Below are positions 37,526 through 45,968 of a DNA stretch of 64,000 nucleotides, piece after piece. The translations under genes and the position numbers were made by a program. The notes beneath the pieces are model-generated. The model was not told where the DNA came from and did no database searches. It worked only from the letters and a program-made list of their open reading frames with translations. How positions within the stretch are numbered: position 1 is the first letter of the stretch; each line of letters opens with the position of its first letter. Source of the DNA: Caldisericia bacterium (GTDB lineage Bacteria > Caldisericota > Caldisericia > JAAYUI01); assembly GCA_017992555.1 (NCBI GenBank), contig JAGOOK010000003.1, positions 15,776 to 79,775 of the forward strand. Reading direction: 5' to 3'.

Positions 37526-38226
37526 TACAGGGGGCCAAGTATCTTCTTTTCGAGCTCGATGATTTCGCTTACGCCCTTTTTCCCGAGTTCCAACATTTTG
37601 TTGAATGTGTCAAACGGGAACGTCGAGATTTCTGCGGTTGCCTGCACCTCAGCTATTTTTTGTGCCGAATCCATCACAAAATTCATGTCCACCTGGGCTC
37701 TGCTGTCCTCTTCGTAGTTCAGGTCGAGCCTCAATTCATTGTCGATTATGCCCAGCGAGACTGCGCCGAGATAGTCTTTGATTGGCATTTTCTTGAGCCC
37801 GATGTTTCTTAGGGCAATAACGAGCGAAACAAAGCCACCAACTATCGAGGCAACCCTTGTTCCGCCATCGGCCTGCACTATGTCGCAATCGATTGTTATT
37901 GAATTTTCGCCCAGCTGCTGCAAGTCAACAACAGAGCGTAGCGATCTTCCAATCAGCCTTTGTATTTCCACTGAACGTGCGGCTTTTTTGTTTATGTCCC
38001 GCTGGATTCTCTGGCGGGAGCACCTTGGAATCATTGAGTATTCTGCCGTCACCCAGCCCTGGCCAAGTTCCTTGAGCCAGTTGGGGACTTTTGGTTCCCA
38101 TGATGCCGTGCAGATTACTTTTGTCTCGCCCCAAACCACAAATGCCGATCCTTCGGCGTATTTCATGTAATTTGGTTCAATGGTTACTGGTCTTAGCTGA
38201 TCGTTTTCTCTATTGTTTGTTCTCAT
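37525..38226 (-). CDS. rph: Ribonuclease PH
   Basis: Has RENDQLRPVTIEPNYMKYAEGSAFVVWGETKVICTAS and CDIVQADGGTR. Confidence 0.95.
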   Translation of the reverse strand: MRTNNRENDQLRPVTIEPNYMKYAEGSAFVVWGETKVICTASWEPKVPNWLKELGQGWVTAEYSMIPRCSRQRIQRDINKKAARSVEIQRLIGRSLRSVVDLQQLGENSITIDCDIVQADGGTRVASIVGGFVSLVIALRNIGLKKMPIKDYLGAVSLGIIDNELRLDLNYEEDSRAQVDMNFVMDSAQKIAEVQATAEISTFPFDTFNKMLELGKKGVSEIIELEKKILGPL

Positions 38227-41200
38227 ATTGGCTCCTGGAAGAATTCTTTGATGCCAAGCTGTATTCCCTCTGCAAGCTTTTTAACGTTTACCTCTTCCCT
38301 TATCCAGCCTTCTCCTTTTTTGTTGCTCAGGAATAGAGGCTCGATAAGGATCGATGGTATTGATACAATCTCGCGGCAAACATAAAAGCCGCGTTTTTTG
38401 ATTCCTCTGTCCTCAAAACCAACCTTGGAAAGGACATTTTTGTGTATTTTTTCTGCAAGGCGCCTGCCTAAGTCCGTGTAATAGTAGGTTTCTGTCCCCT
38501 GGGCATCAGGGTCCCTTGCGGCATTGAAGTGGATTGAAATAAACATGTCAGCACCAGAGGAATTCGCAAGATTTGCCCTTCCTTCGAGATCCGGGGTTTT
38601 TATGTTTCTCTCCTCTGTTCTGGTGTATATGACGGTTGCCCCCTGGGAAGAAAGCATTTTCCCAAGCTCGAATGCTGTCTGGAGGTTCACCTCGGATTCA
38701 TAGGTGCCCATCATGCCGCTGCATCCGACGTCGTACGATCCGTCTTCATTGAAGGTGCCGTGGCCGGGGTCGATTATGATGGTTTTTCCATTGAGTCCTG
38801 ACTTGTTTTTCTCCTTGAGAGTAAAAATGAGCTTGTTTGGGCCCCTTGCCTCACCATAGCCTATCTCTTCCGTGGATTTTTTTGTTATCAGGATTGTTAC
38901 CTTTGGAGGGTTTGCATTGGTTCTTGGATCAAAATCGACAGAGACTTTTTTGGCATCAATCCCGCTTAATGCGTTTTCCCCAAGCACGCAGTTGTTCAGG
39001 GTTACCTTTGACCTTCCATCGGGAAGTTCGGTGACATCAAAGTCAGTGAAAAATGAAACCTGGGTTGAAAGGGTCGAGCATGTCTTGCTTGTGTCGAGGC
39101 ACCCCCCGATTTCCAGCTTGTCGATGACAGGGTCGAGATAAACCTTGTTTTGCACTGGCGAGTACATGTATGAGAAGCCAAGCATTGGTGCAACTGGCTC
39201 AATTGGAACATAGAAAGCGCTTCCCACAATTCTTGGGGCCGGCGCTATTGTTTTGTAGAATGAATTTTGGCCATCAACAACATGCATGGATGGCTTGAGA
39301 TTTGTAAACGAGAAGACAAAGGGTCTTTTTGGGTCGACACTCATTTCGGCCCTGTTTTCTTTGTCATCCCAGGAGATGATGTAGCCGAGGTGGGAGGCCA
39401 GTGCGCCAACCGGCACCATGACCTTGTTGTCAAGCAGCATTGGCGGGTCACTTGCGTGGACAGGCCTGCCCTGGATCTCAATCCTCATCTGGTTTGATTC
39501 GACTTTTTCGAAGATTTCCAGCACCAGCTCGGTTGATGTAGGGTTTAATGGGGAGAGGTGGTAATCGCAGGGCTTGTTTAACTGAAAAACGACCAGCACT
39601 GTTGGTGGTGAAACGGATTTCTGTTCGATGCCGACCCTCGAAACCAGCGTTGAATCAACAACAATCGGCTCCAGATCACCAGTGCAGAATGAATTATCCA
39701 GAAATAGCTGTATTCTCGGGTTGTCGTTGTAGCTCTTGATGTTCAGGGAGTTTGGCTTGGATGAAATCGGAATTGTAAACTTGAGGACATCGCCGCGTTT
39801 TGCCCACTGGATCTCACCCACATCGACCGGTTTTACAGGTTGGGGCTGTGTGTGCCTTTTGGTGTCCTCGGAAGATACCCATCCCGCCTGGTTGCCTGAG
39901 AGTATCCTGTAGTAAAGCCTGCCGCCTTCCCTTTGTGCTACAGATTCGATCTTGCCTTTTCCGCCGGCAAAAATCTTTGGGCCGCCACTTCCTGAAGGGA
40001 ATGATGCCAGTGTCGATTCTTTCTGGAGTTCAACCGTGAGCCCGAGAAGGTTTGCTGGTGGCAGGTCGACAGAGCCGGAAGTTTTTACCTTTGTGCTTGT
40101 TACCCATCCCGTTTCTCCCTGCTGGGTTGTCAGGAGATACCACGTTCCGCCATCCGAGTTGAGCGCAGAACCCGATATTGTGCATTTGCTTTCCCGCGGG
40201 ACAACGCCAAGCAGTTTTCCGCCCTGGCTTGGGGCAAGCCTGAGCTGTGCTTTTGCCGCCACAATGTCAAACGGGCTTGAAGATGTTGTTTCGACCATTG
40301 ACCCAAGGACCCAGCCCACGCCGAAATCTCCTTGAACTTTCAACCACATCTTCCCGTTTACATCAGATTTTTTTGACAGTATTTGCACCACAACCTGGGA
40401 CTTTGTTGTGTAGACTTTGGCAAAGTTCAGGCCAGCATCTTTCCTAACGTTCACGTTTTTTGATATGATGCCCTTTTGTTTTGAAGTCGATTCTTCAAGT
40501 ATTGGTGTTGCTGTCTTGGCGAGGTCTGATCTTACCCATGCGTGAGTTCCTGTGGGGAGAACAATCTCGTACCAGATTTTGCCATCCACATCCTTTGATT
40601 TGGCCACAACCGATGGTCTGATGGTTGACGTTGTCCTGTTCACAACGGGGGATTTTGTTGATGGTCCTGATCTCAGATTTGTGAGTGGGTCAATGATTAT
40701 CGTAAGGTTTTTGACCTCTTCCTTTGCGACCTGTGTGGATTTGATTTCGTCAATCAGCCCTGCGCCGATCCAGCCGAAACGGCCATTCCCCAGCGAAAGC
40801 TTGTACCAGTCTTTCCCGTCATCACCCTTTGTTTTGGCAACGACTGGCAATTCTATTTTTGTCTTTATTTGCAAGGCCACGCTCGAAGATGTGTTTGGAG
40901 ACGACCTCAAGTTTATAATGCCAGAATTGGGGTCTATAACAGCAACCTGGCCGTCAATTTTTTCCTCGGTGCCTGTCCTCTGGACTTTGACCACCCATGA
41001 TGCCACAAAGCCTTTTTTGCCTGGCGAAGCCTCAACTTCGAACCATGTCTTGCCGGACTTGTCTTTTGTTTCGGAAATTACGTTTAGGTCTTTTGGCGGC
41101 TGTATTCTTGCAAGCACTTTCGCGTCAACTGACGGCGACATCCTTATATTGGTTGCCTGATATATTTTGACTATAGTTTTCGACTGGACATAGGGCAGGG

Positions 41201-41252
41201 AACCAAAAAAGATGCAAAAAGCCAGCAAAAGCAAAATTGTTTTTTTGTTCAT
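38223..41252 (-). CDS. Secreted multi-SH3b, stalk-domain N-acetylmuramoyl-L-alanine amidase (Amidase_3)
   Basis: 1009 aa. Signal peptide, then about seven SH3b-like repeats (NIRMSPSVDAKVL...GFVASWVV pattern), then a copper-amine-oxidase-N-like segment (LLDNKVMVPVGALASHLGYIISWD). The C-terminus reads IIIDPGHG...ADMFISIHFNA...GTETYYY. Confidence 0.85.
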   Translation of the reverse strand: MNKKTILLLLAFCIFFGSLPYVQSKTIVKIYQATNIRMSPSVDAKVLARIQPPKDLNVISETKDKSGKTWFEVEASPGKKGFVASWVVKVQRTGTEEKIDGQVAVIDPNSGIINLRSSPNTSSSVALQIKTKIELPVVAKTKGDDGKDWYKLSLGNGRFGWIGAGLIDEIKSTQVAKEEVKNLTIIIDPLTNLRSGPSTKSPVVNRTTSTIRPSVVAKSKDVDGKIWYEIVLPTGTHAWVRSDLAKTATPILEESTSKQKGIISKNVNVRKDAGLNFAKVYTTKSQVVVQILSKKSDVNGKMWLKVQGDFGVGWVLGSMVETTSSSPFDIVAAKAQLRLAPSQGGKLLGVVPRESKCTISGSALNSDGGTWYLLTTQQGETGWVTSTKVKTSGSVDLPPANLLGLTVELQKESTLASFPSGSGGPKIFAGGKGKIESVAQREGGRLYYRILSGNQAGWVSSEDTKRHTQPQPVKPVDVGEIQWAKRGDVLKFTIPISSKPNSLNIKSYNDNPRIQLFLDNSFCTGDLEPIVVDSTLVSRVGIEQKSVSPPTVLVVFQLNKPCDYHLSPLNPTSTELVLEIFEKVESNQMRIEIQGRPVHASDPPMLLDNKVMVPVGALASHLGYIISWDDKENRAEMSVDPKRPFVFSFTNLKPSMHVVDGQNSFYKTIAPAPRIVGSAFYVPIEPVAPMLGFSYMYSPVQNKVYLDPVIDKLEIGGCLDTSKTCSTLSTQVSFFTDFDVTELPDGRSKVTLNNCVLGENALSGIDAKKVSVDFDPRTNANPPKVTILITKKSTEEIGYGEARGPNKLIFTLKEKNKSGLNGKTIIIDPGHGTFNEDGSYDVGCSGMMGTYESEVNLQTAFELGKMLSSQGATVIYTRTEERNIKTPDLEGRANLANSSGADMFISIHFNAARDPDAQGTETYYYTDLGRRLAEKIHKNVLSKVGFEDRGIKKRGFYVCREIVSIPSILIEPLFLSNKKGEGWIREEVNVKKLAEGIQLGIKEFFQEPI

Positions 41253-41707
41253 ATCTCCCTTTGCTTTATTGCCCTGGAGAGTTCTCTTTCGTTGTCTCTC
41301 CTGATTATCTGGTCCTTGTGTTCAAACTGTTTTTTGCCATACGCAATTGCTATCCTGATTTTGACAAAACCCTTGTCGTTGAAATAAATCGAAATGGGCA
41401 CGCAGGTGTATCCACCCTGGAGTGTTTTTGCCGCGAGCCTCCTGATTTGCAGTTTATGAAGAAGAAGCTTCCTTTTTCTTTTTGGGTTGCTTCCCAGGTG
41501 CGACATTGCATATTGCGGGATGTTCATGTCGATGACATAGGCCTGGCCGTTTATTACCTCGACAAATGAATCTTTGAGGTCGCAATGACCCATTCGCAGC
41601 GATTTGACTTCATCGCCATTTAACACAATCCCTGCCTCTATTTCATCTTCGAGCTTGTACAGGTGCCTTGCTTTGTTGTTTGTGGAAATGGTCCCTGTCT
41701 TGATCAT
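41249..41707 (-). CDS. smpB: SsrA-binding protein SmpB
   Basis: 152 aa with NNKARHLYKLEDEIEAGIVLNGDEVKSLR and IYFNDKGFVKIRIAIAYGKK. Confidence 0.95.
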   Translation of the reverse strand: MIKTGTISTNNKARHLYKLEDEIEAGIVLNGDEVKSLRMGHCDLKDSFVEVINGQAYVIDMNIPQYAMSHLGSNPKRKRKLLLHKLQIRRLAAKTLQGGYTCVPISIYFNDKGFVKIRIAIAYGKKQFEHKDQIIRRDNERELSRAIKQREI

Positions 41708-41724
41708 TTAGATCAATTCTATCT

Positions 41725-42288
41725 TTGTTTGATGGCAAGTCAAGATTTTGCGATTTCTGCTATAATCTGATTGTGCCTTTAGAATACGAACTGATCAATT
41801 TGCTTGAAGGAGATTGCAGGATAGAACTCACCAAGGTTCTTTCGCAGAAGGATTTTGATTCTGTACTGCGTATTCCCATGCACTCGATAGTCTCGCTCAA
41901 TGCTGCAAATGTTTCCCAGTACTTCAATTACCCCAAAGCAATTCCTGTTGCCTTCAGGAGAAAAAAGACCATAGAGGCCTTTATTGTTGGCGTACCTGTT
42001 GAAAAATACCTTGATGATGAGACCTTTCCTGACCCCGATATTGGCAGAAGAAATACCATATATTCTGCAATCATCGCCTATTCGGACACCAGAACGTACA
42101 ACAAGCTGGTGGCAGACTACAGGCTGTATCTTTCAAAGTTCAATGCAACATTTGAATCAAGGCACTTGCGCACAGATTGGGCAAAAGGGTCGGAGTTCGA
42201 AATCGTAAAGGTATTTGACTACTGGAAGATTGACGGTGTTCCAGTCGCCTACTGCAAGCACAAGTTTGTCGAGAGTTCCAAAAAGTAG
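41725..42288 (+). CDS. Hypothetical protein
   Basis: 187-aa ORF with a non-ATG start and no recognisable motif. A TATAAT at 41761..41766 suggests the real start may be the GTG at 41773. Confidence 0.4.
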   Translation: MFDGKSRFCDFCYNLIVPLEYELINLLEGDCRIELTKVLSQKDFDSVLRIPMHSIVSLNAANVSQYFNYPKAIPVAFRRKKTIEAFIVGVPVEKYLDDETFPDPDIGRRNTIYSAIIAYSDTRTYNKLVADYRLYLSKFNATFESRHLRTDWAKGSEFEIVKVFDYWKIDGVPVAYCKHKFVESSKK

Positions 42289-42295
42289 CCTACTG

Positions 42296-44107
42296 TTAGG
42301 CGACTATAAGGCTGAATAGGTTCCAGTAAATCATCCATGGAATCATGAGCACATAAACGAATGTGGTAACGGTATAGAATATCCTGGAAGCCATGCTCCA
42401 GTATTTTTTCACCCAAATCATCACAGTGAAATAAACCAATGCAGCAGTCATTAACGCGCCAATCATGGGAAGCAGGACAGTTGCTTTTATATAAGATGGT
42501 ATCCCGAAGCCATAATCTATCATGTTTGTTCCCCAGAAGATAATGGCCACAACAACCAGGAAGCTCACGTAAAGCAGTGCTGTAACAAGCTGGCCCCACC
42601 TTGCCAGTTTATCAAACTTTGTTTGCTTTGTTTTGTCGAATTTTCTGAACAGGGCACCAAAGATAAAGGAGACTATTGTCGATAAGATGGTAAGAAGGAA
42701 TATGATTATAAAGACAAGATTTGGCGTCGGGCTTGCGAACCAGTCGATCCTTTCAAGGGCTTGGCCCCAAATTTGGGCGTGACTGATTTGATTGTTCCCG
42801 TCTGTAACAAATTTTATGTATGAGTCACCAAGTTTCGATTTGAACAAATCTTTTCCTGCAGGAACGTATTCCCAGTCATTGATGCTTATGTAGCCATCCT
42901 TGTTGTAGGTGAAGTGGTATAAATCATGAAAGATGAGAATGCCCAATTTTGCAAAAGAGTTTTTCTGGACATACCACATGTTCGAGTAATACCCAGTATA
43001 TCTTGAGGGTTCCTCAACCTTCGCATTCTGGCCGTCTTCACTGCTGGTATCGTCTTCGCTTGCCGGCGGCCATATTTTTTGCAGTAATTGATGAATAAAA
43101 CTATAGCATGCACTTGATCCAGCTTCTGTGGCAAAGAGTCCAATTTTTTGCTTTGGCAACACGACAAGGCGACTGTTTACTCCCAGTGCGTTGCCTTGCT
43201 TGTCGAGGACCGGAAATGGTTCTTTGTAATCATGCTGTGTTACTTCGAATGCTAGTGTGTGTTTTGGGTAGAAAACGGCGTCTTGCTCAAATGCAATGCT
43301 TGTAAACAGGTAAGCGGAGTCCTCGGAGAAGAATTTTTCATATTTAAAAAGGTCTCCCAGGAATTTTCCCATATCACCGGCTGTTGTTACCATTGCATCT
43401 GCCGGTGGGTCGTTGAAGTAATAAGGATCAAATTCTTTAAATTCATTCTTAGTATCGTAGTAGCCTTCGGATTTCCATTCCCTTGGCTTTGCATAGTTTT
43501 TTTGGAGTTCATCAGGAATCGGCTGCTCAAAGGTGGTATAATTCATGCCTAATTTTTCAAAAACGTTTTTCTCGACGTATTTTTCAAATGGCATTCCGGA
43601 AACTTCTTCAATGATGAGGCCGGCCAGGGCTATTCCATAGTTTGAATAATCATAGAGCTTGCCGGATCCCATTATGTGGTTTGGCGGATTTTGCTTGAAA
43701 TATTCAGGAAGGGTCGGGATCTTGTCGGCATTCTTTGTGAGTATTGTCGTCAATTTCTTTTCTAGCCCCGGTGTGTGTGTCAGGAGCTGGGCCAGTGTTA
43801 TATATGGAGTCGGCCTAACTGTCTGTCTGTTCTCTATGCATTCGTAGCCATTTCTGGTTCTGATTACTCTGGCAATAATCCGGGATTTAGTTGGTGACGG
43901 AGCATTTTTGTTTCCTTTTTCTTCCTCAAACACGATCCACTGGTCTGGAAAATCTTTGTTTATAAATTCTACAATTGTCTGTTTTGATGTTTGTGGCGCT
44001 GTGATTTGAAGGGCTGTCCTGCCATCGCTTTTTGCAAGCTTGTCATAAACTTCGAGCAGGTCATGCTTAAAAAATCCTTCCCACTTGTCTTCTGCCCCCA
44101 TGCACAA
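42296..44107 (-). CDS. Serine hydrolase (beta-lactamase/PBP4* fold), C-terminal part with 4-5 C-terminal TM helices; probably the 3' portion of a frameshifted gene
   Basis: Has ITLAQLLTHTPGL and YSNYGIALAGLIIEEVSGMPFEKY (class-C-like motifs), but the SxxK nucleophile is in the upstream ORF. Confidence 0.6.
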   Translation of the reverse strand: MCMGAEDKWEGFFKHDLLEVYDKLAKSDGRTALQITAPQTSKQTIVEFINKDFPDQWIVFEEEKGNKNAPSPTKSRIIARVIRTRNGYECIENRQTVRPTPYITLAQLLTHTPGLEKKLTTILTKNADKIPTLPEYFKQNPPNHIMGSGKLYDYSNYGIALAGLIIEEVSGMPFEKYVEKNVFEKLGMNYTTFEQPIPDELQKNYAKPREWKSEGYYDTKNEFKEFDPYYFNDPPADAMVTTAGDMGKFLGDLFKYEKFFSEDSAYLFTSIAFEQDAVFYPKHTLAFEVTQHDYKEPFPVLDKQGNALGVNSRLVVLPKQKIGLFATEAGSSACYSFIHQLLQKIWPPASEDDTSSEDGQNAKVEEPSRYTGYYSNMWYVQKNSFAKLGILIFHDLYHFTYNKDGYISINDWEYVPAGKDLFKSKLGDSYIKFVTDGNNQISHAQIWGQALERIDWFASPTPNLVFIIIFLLTILSTIVSFIFGALFRKFDKTKQTKFDKLARWGQLVTALLYVSFLVVVAIIFWGTNMIDYGFGIPSYIKATVLLPMIGALMTAALVYFTVMIWVKKYWSMASRIFYTVTTFVYVLMIPWMIYWNLFSLIVA

Positions 44108-44771
44108 TTCTGATCTGGTTTTTTGATGCTTCTGACAAATTTATTTCTGGAGCATTTTCTTTGGATTTATTGTCACTCAGGTATTTCAGAACAAGTTCCT
44201 TGGTTTCTGGCTCGATATTGATGCCGACTGGATAATCAGGAATGACAATACCAGCTTTCTTGAGGTATACGTTAATGTCTTCCTGAAGATCGAGTTTACC
44301 CTCCTCGACAAGCTTTATAACAGCAAGAGAAGTAAAAACTTTTGAAACTGAAGCCACTTTAAATATTGTTTTATCAGGATCAACAGGAATGTCTTTGTCT
44401 ACACTTGTGGAACCATAGCCTGCCTTGAATACTATGTCGCCATCTTTCACAACGCATACCGATGCGGCAGGTTTTGGTTTATTCCCAAGAATTTCTTTGG
44501 ATTCCCCTTGCGGCACAAACGAAAAATCTGCTATCTGCTTCACGTCATCTTTTGAGAAATTCGGCCAGGTTTTTACCTGCAGCATATTGTCGTTTGCCCA
44601 GCTGTAAAACTCATCTCCCGTGTTAATGCTGACGTAGGATTCTTCCATATATTTGTATATGGTTAAGCCTGAGAGCAAGATCGTGCAGACAACAAGAAAA
44701 GGTGTGACAAAATACTTGTATACTTTGAGTTGTGCGTCCATGTTCCCTCCATTTAGAACGTTATTGTTCAA
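44067..44771 (-). CDS. Serine hydrolase (beta-lactamase fold), N-terminal part with TM anchor and SxxK motif
   Basis: Has VVKDGDIVFKAGYG and the active-site ASVSKVFTS. Its frame ends 41 nt inside the next ORF, just downstream of an A6/T6 run at 44119..44124. Confidence 0.6.
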   Translation of the reverse strand: MNNNVLNGGNMDAQLKVYKYFVTPFLVVCTILLSGLTIYKYMEESYVSINTGDEFYSWANDNMLQVKTWPNFSKDDVKQIADFSFVPQGESKEILGNKPKPAASVCVVKDGDIVFKAGYGSTSVDKDIPVDPDKTIFKVASVSKVFTSLAVIKLVEEGKLDLQEDINVYLKKAGIVIPDYPVGINIEPETKELVLKYLSDNKSKENAPEINLSEASKNQIRIVHGGRRQVGRIF

Positions 44772-44908
44772 TGCTATTGGCCCTCTGGAGTTTTTTCAAT
44801 AGCGGCCAAGGGCACAATCAAAGATGAGAATTACGAAAAACTGCTTAGTAAAATACGCACTAAACATGCCTTTTTCGGTAATTGTTCCCCAATTAACATA
44901 AAATAAAA

Positions 44909-44938
44909 AACCGAACAGATTATCTGTTCGGTTTTTTG
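44909..44938 (-). terminator. Bidirectional rho-independent terminator
   Basis: CCGAACAG-ATTAT-CTGTTCGG hairpin flanked by A6 upstream and T6 downstream. Lies 24 nt past the stop of the 202-aa gene. Confidence 0.65.
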
Positions 44939-44961
44939 TAAGTCTAGCTATTTGGCGGGTA

Positions 44962-45570
44962 CTACTTGCCGCCCCTGCCCTTTCCTTTTCCGTTTCCACC
45001 ACGGCACCCACCACCGCCGCAACCGCCGCCACGCTGGTTGATTGTGGCTGATTTGGCCAGATAGGTTCCATCATCCTGTTTTGTGCCGTCAAATCTGAGC
45101 ATGTCGCCAGCTTTGATGTCTTCAAACTTGATCTCTTTGCCGTCTTTCGTGATCTTTGCATCGGATGTGAATTTCACGGTGAAATTTCCAAGCTGTGCGT
45201 TCCACATCTTTACTGTCAGGGTTGCCTTGTCAGTTGATTCGACCCTTCCACACAGGCCGTTGTACTGGCATGCTGTGACCTGGATGTTTTTGGCAAGGTA
45301 GGTGTTGTCCTGGAGCTTGTCAGCTTGCCCCTTTACATTGCCATATTTTGGGACTTCGGAAAGCTTTATCTGCTTCCCGTTCATTGTTATGACCGAATTG
45401 CCGTCAAATTTTAGGGTGAACTCTCCGGTTCTTCCATTCTGTATCTTCATTGTCTGGGCACTGGTATCAACTGAATTGATCCTTCCCCAGATTTCTTCTG
45501 CCGCGTATGCGTATGCCGCTACTGATATCACCATCAAAACGGCCAGTGTTGTCAATATTATCTTTTTCAT
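44962..45570 (-). CDS. Secreted protein with two ~70-aa internal repeats and a Gly/Cys/Lys-rich C-terminal tail
   Basis: Signal peptide MKKIILTTLAVLMVISVAAYAYA. Repeats begin GRINSVDTSAQTMKIQ... and GRVESTDKATLTVKMW.... The tail reads RGGGCGGGGCRGGNGKGKGRGGK. Confidence 0.6.
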   Translation of the reverse strand: MKKIILTTLAVLMVISVAAYAYAAEEIWGRINSVDTSAQTMKIQNGRTGEFTLKFDGNSVITMNGKQIKLSEVPKYGNVKGQADKLQDNTYLAKNIQVTACQYNGLCGRVESTDKATLTVKMWNAQLGNFTVKFTSDAKITKDGKEIKFEDIKAGDMLRFDGTKQDDGTYLAKSATINQRGGGCGGGGCRGGNGKGKGRGGK

Positions 45571-45819
45571 TCTTCCTCCTTCAATCTTTTCATTCTTGTT
45601 TGATTCATATCTGATACTTCTTATAATGCGCTTTCACCAAAATTGTCAGTGTCGTTTTTTTCTCGTCCTCATCTCCTTTCTACAACTAATACGCCATGGG
45701 GGTATATTTTGTCATTTGAGATTGGTTAAAGATTCCCAAACTGGTGAAAGAGGTGTAATTTTATTAGGTTCTACGTTTTTTGCTGGTATTTTTCACTCCT
45801 GCCCGTGAACGATTTGTTG

Positions 45820-45847
45820 TTGACATCGCATCTTTGAATGATAAAGT
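45820..45847 (+). promoter_or_regulatory. Sigma70-like promoter for tRNA-Ser(GCT)/gltX
   Basis: TTGACA-16 nt-TAAAGT, ending 19 nt before the tRNA. Confidence 0.35.
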
Positions 45848-45866
45848 TTACAAAGTATGCAAAATT

Positions 45867-45959
45867 GGAGAGGTGGCCGAGCGGTTGAAGGCACTCGCCT
45901 GCTAAGCGAGTAACTGGTGTAAAACTGGTTCACGAGTTCGAATCTCGTCCTCTCCGCCA
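45867..45959 (+). tRNA. tRNA-Ser (anticodon GCT), CCA encoded
   Basis: Acceptor GGAGAGG/CCTCTCC, anticodon stem CTCGC/GCGAG with loop CTGCTAA, long variable arm, T-loop AGTTCGAATCT, 3' GCCA. Confidence 0.92.
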
Positions 45960-45968
45960 GAGGTAATC

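Noticed and set aside
41708-41724. Looked for tmRNA (ssrA) next to smpB.
   Set aside because: The flanking intergenic spaces are only a few tens of nt, and no tRNA-Ala-like acceptor/T-arm is present. ssrA must be elsewhere.
41761-41775. A possible pattern of leaderless GTG-start genes: -10-like boxes 6-7 nt before GTG at 41773 and 63487.
   Set aside because: There are only two or three cases, and GTG is a poor leaderless start codon. The promoter calls are by eye only, which is insufficient to claim a genome feature.
44796-45161. 121-aa minus-strand ORF overlapping the 3' end of the 202-aa secreted-protein gene and its terminator.
   Set aside because: It is out of frame with a better-supported gene and runs through the terminator hairpin. 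Its Ala/Val-rich stretch mirrors the Gly-rich tail coding DNA.
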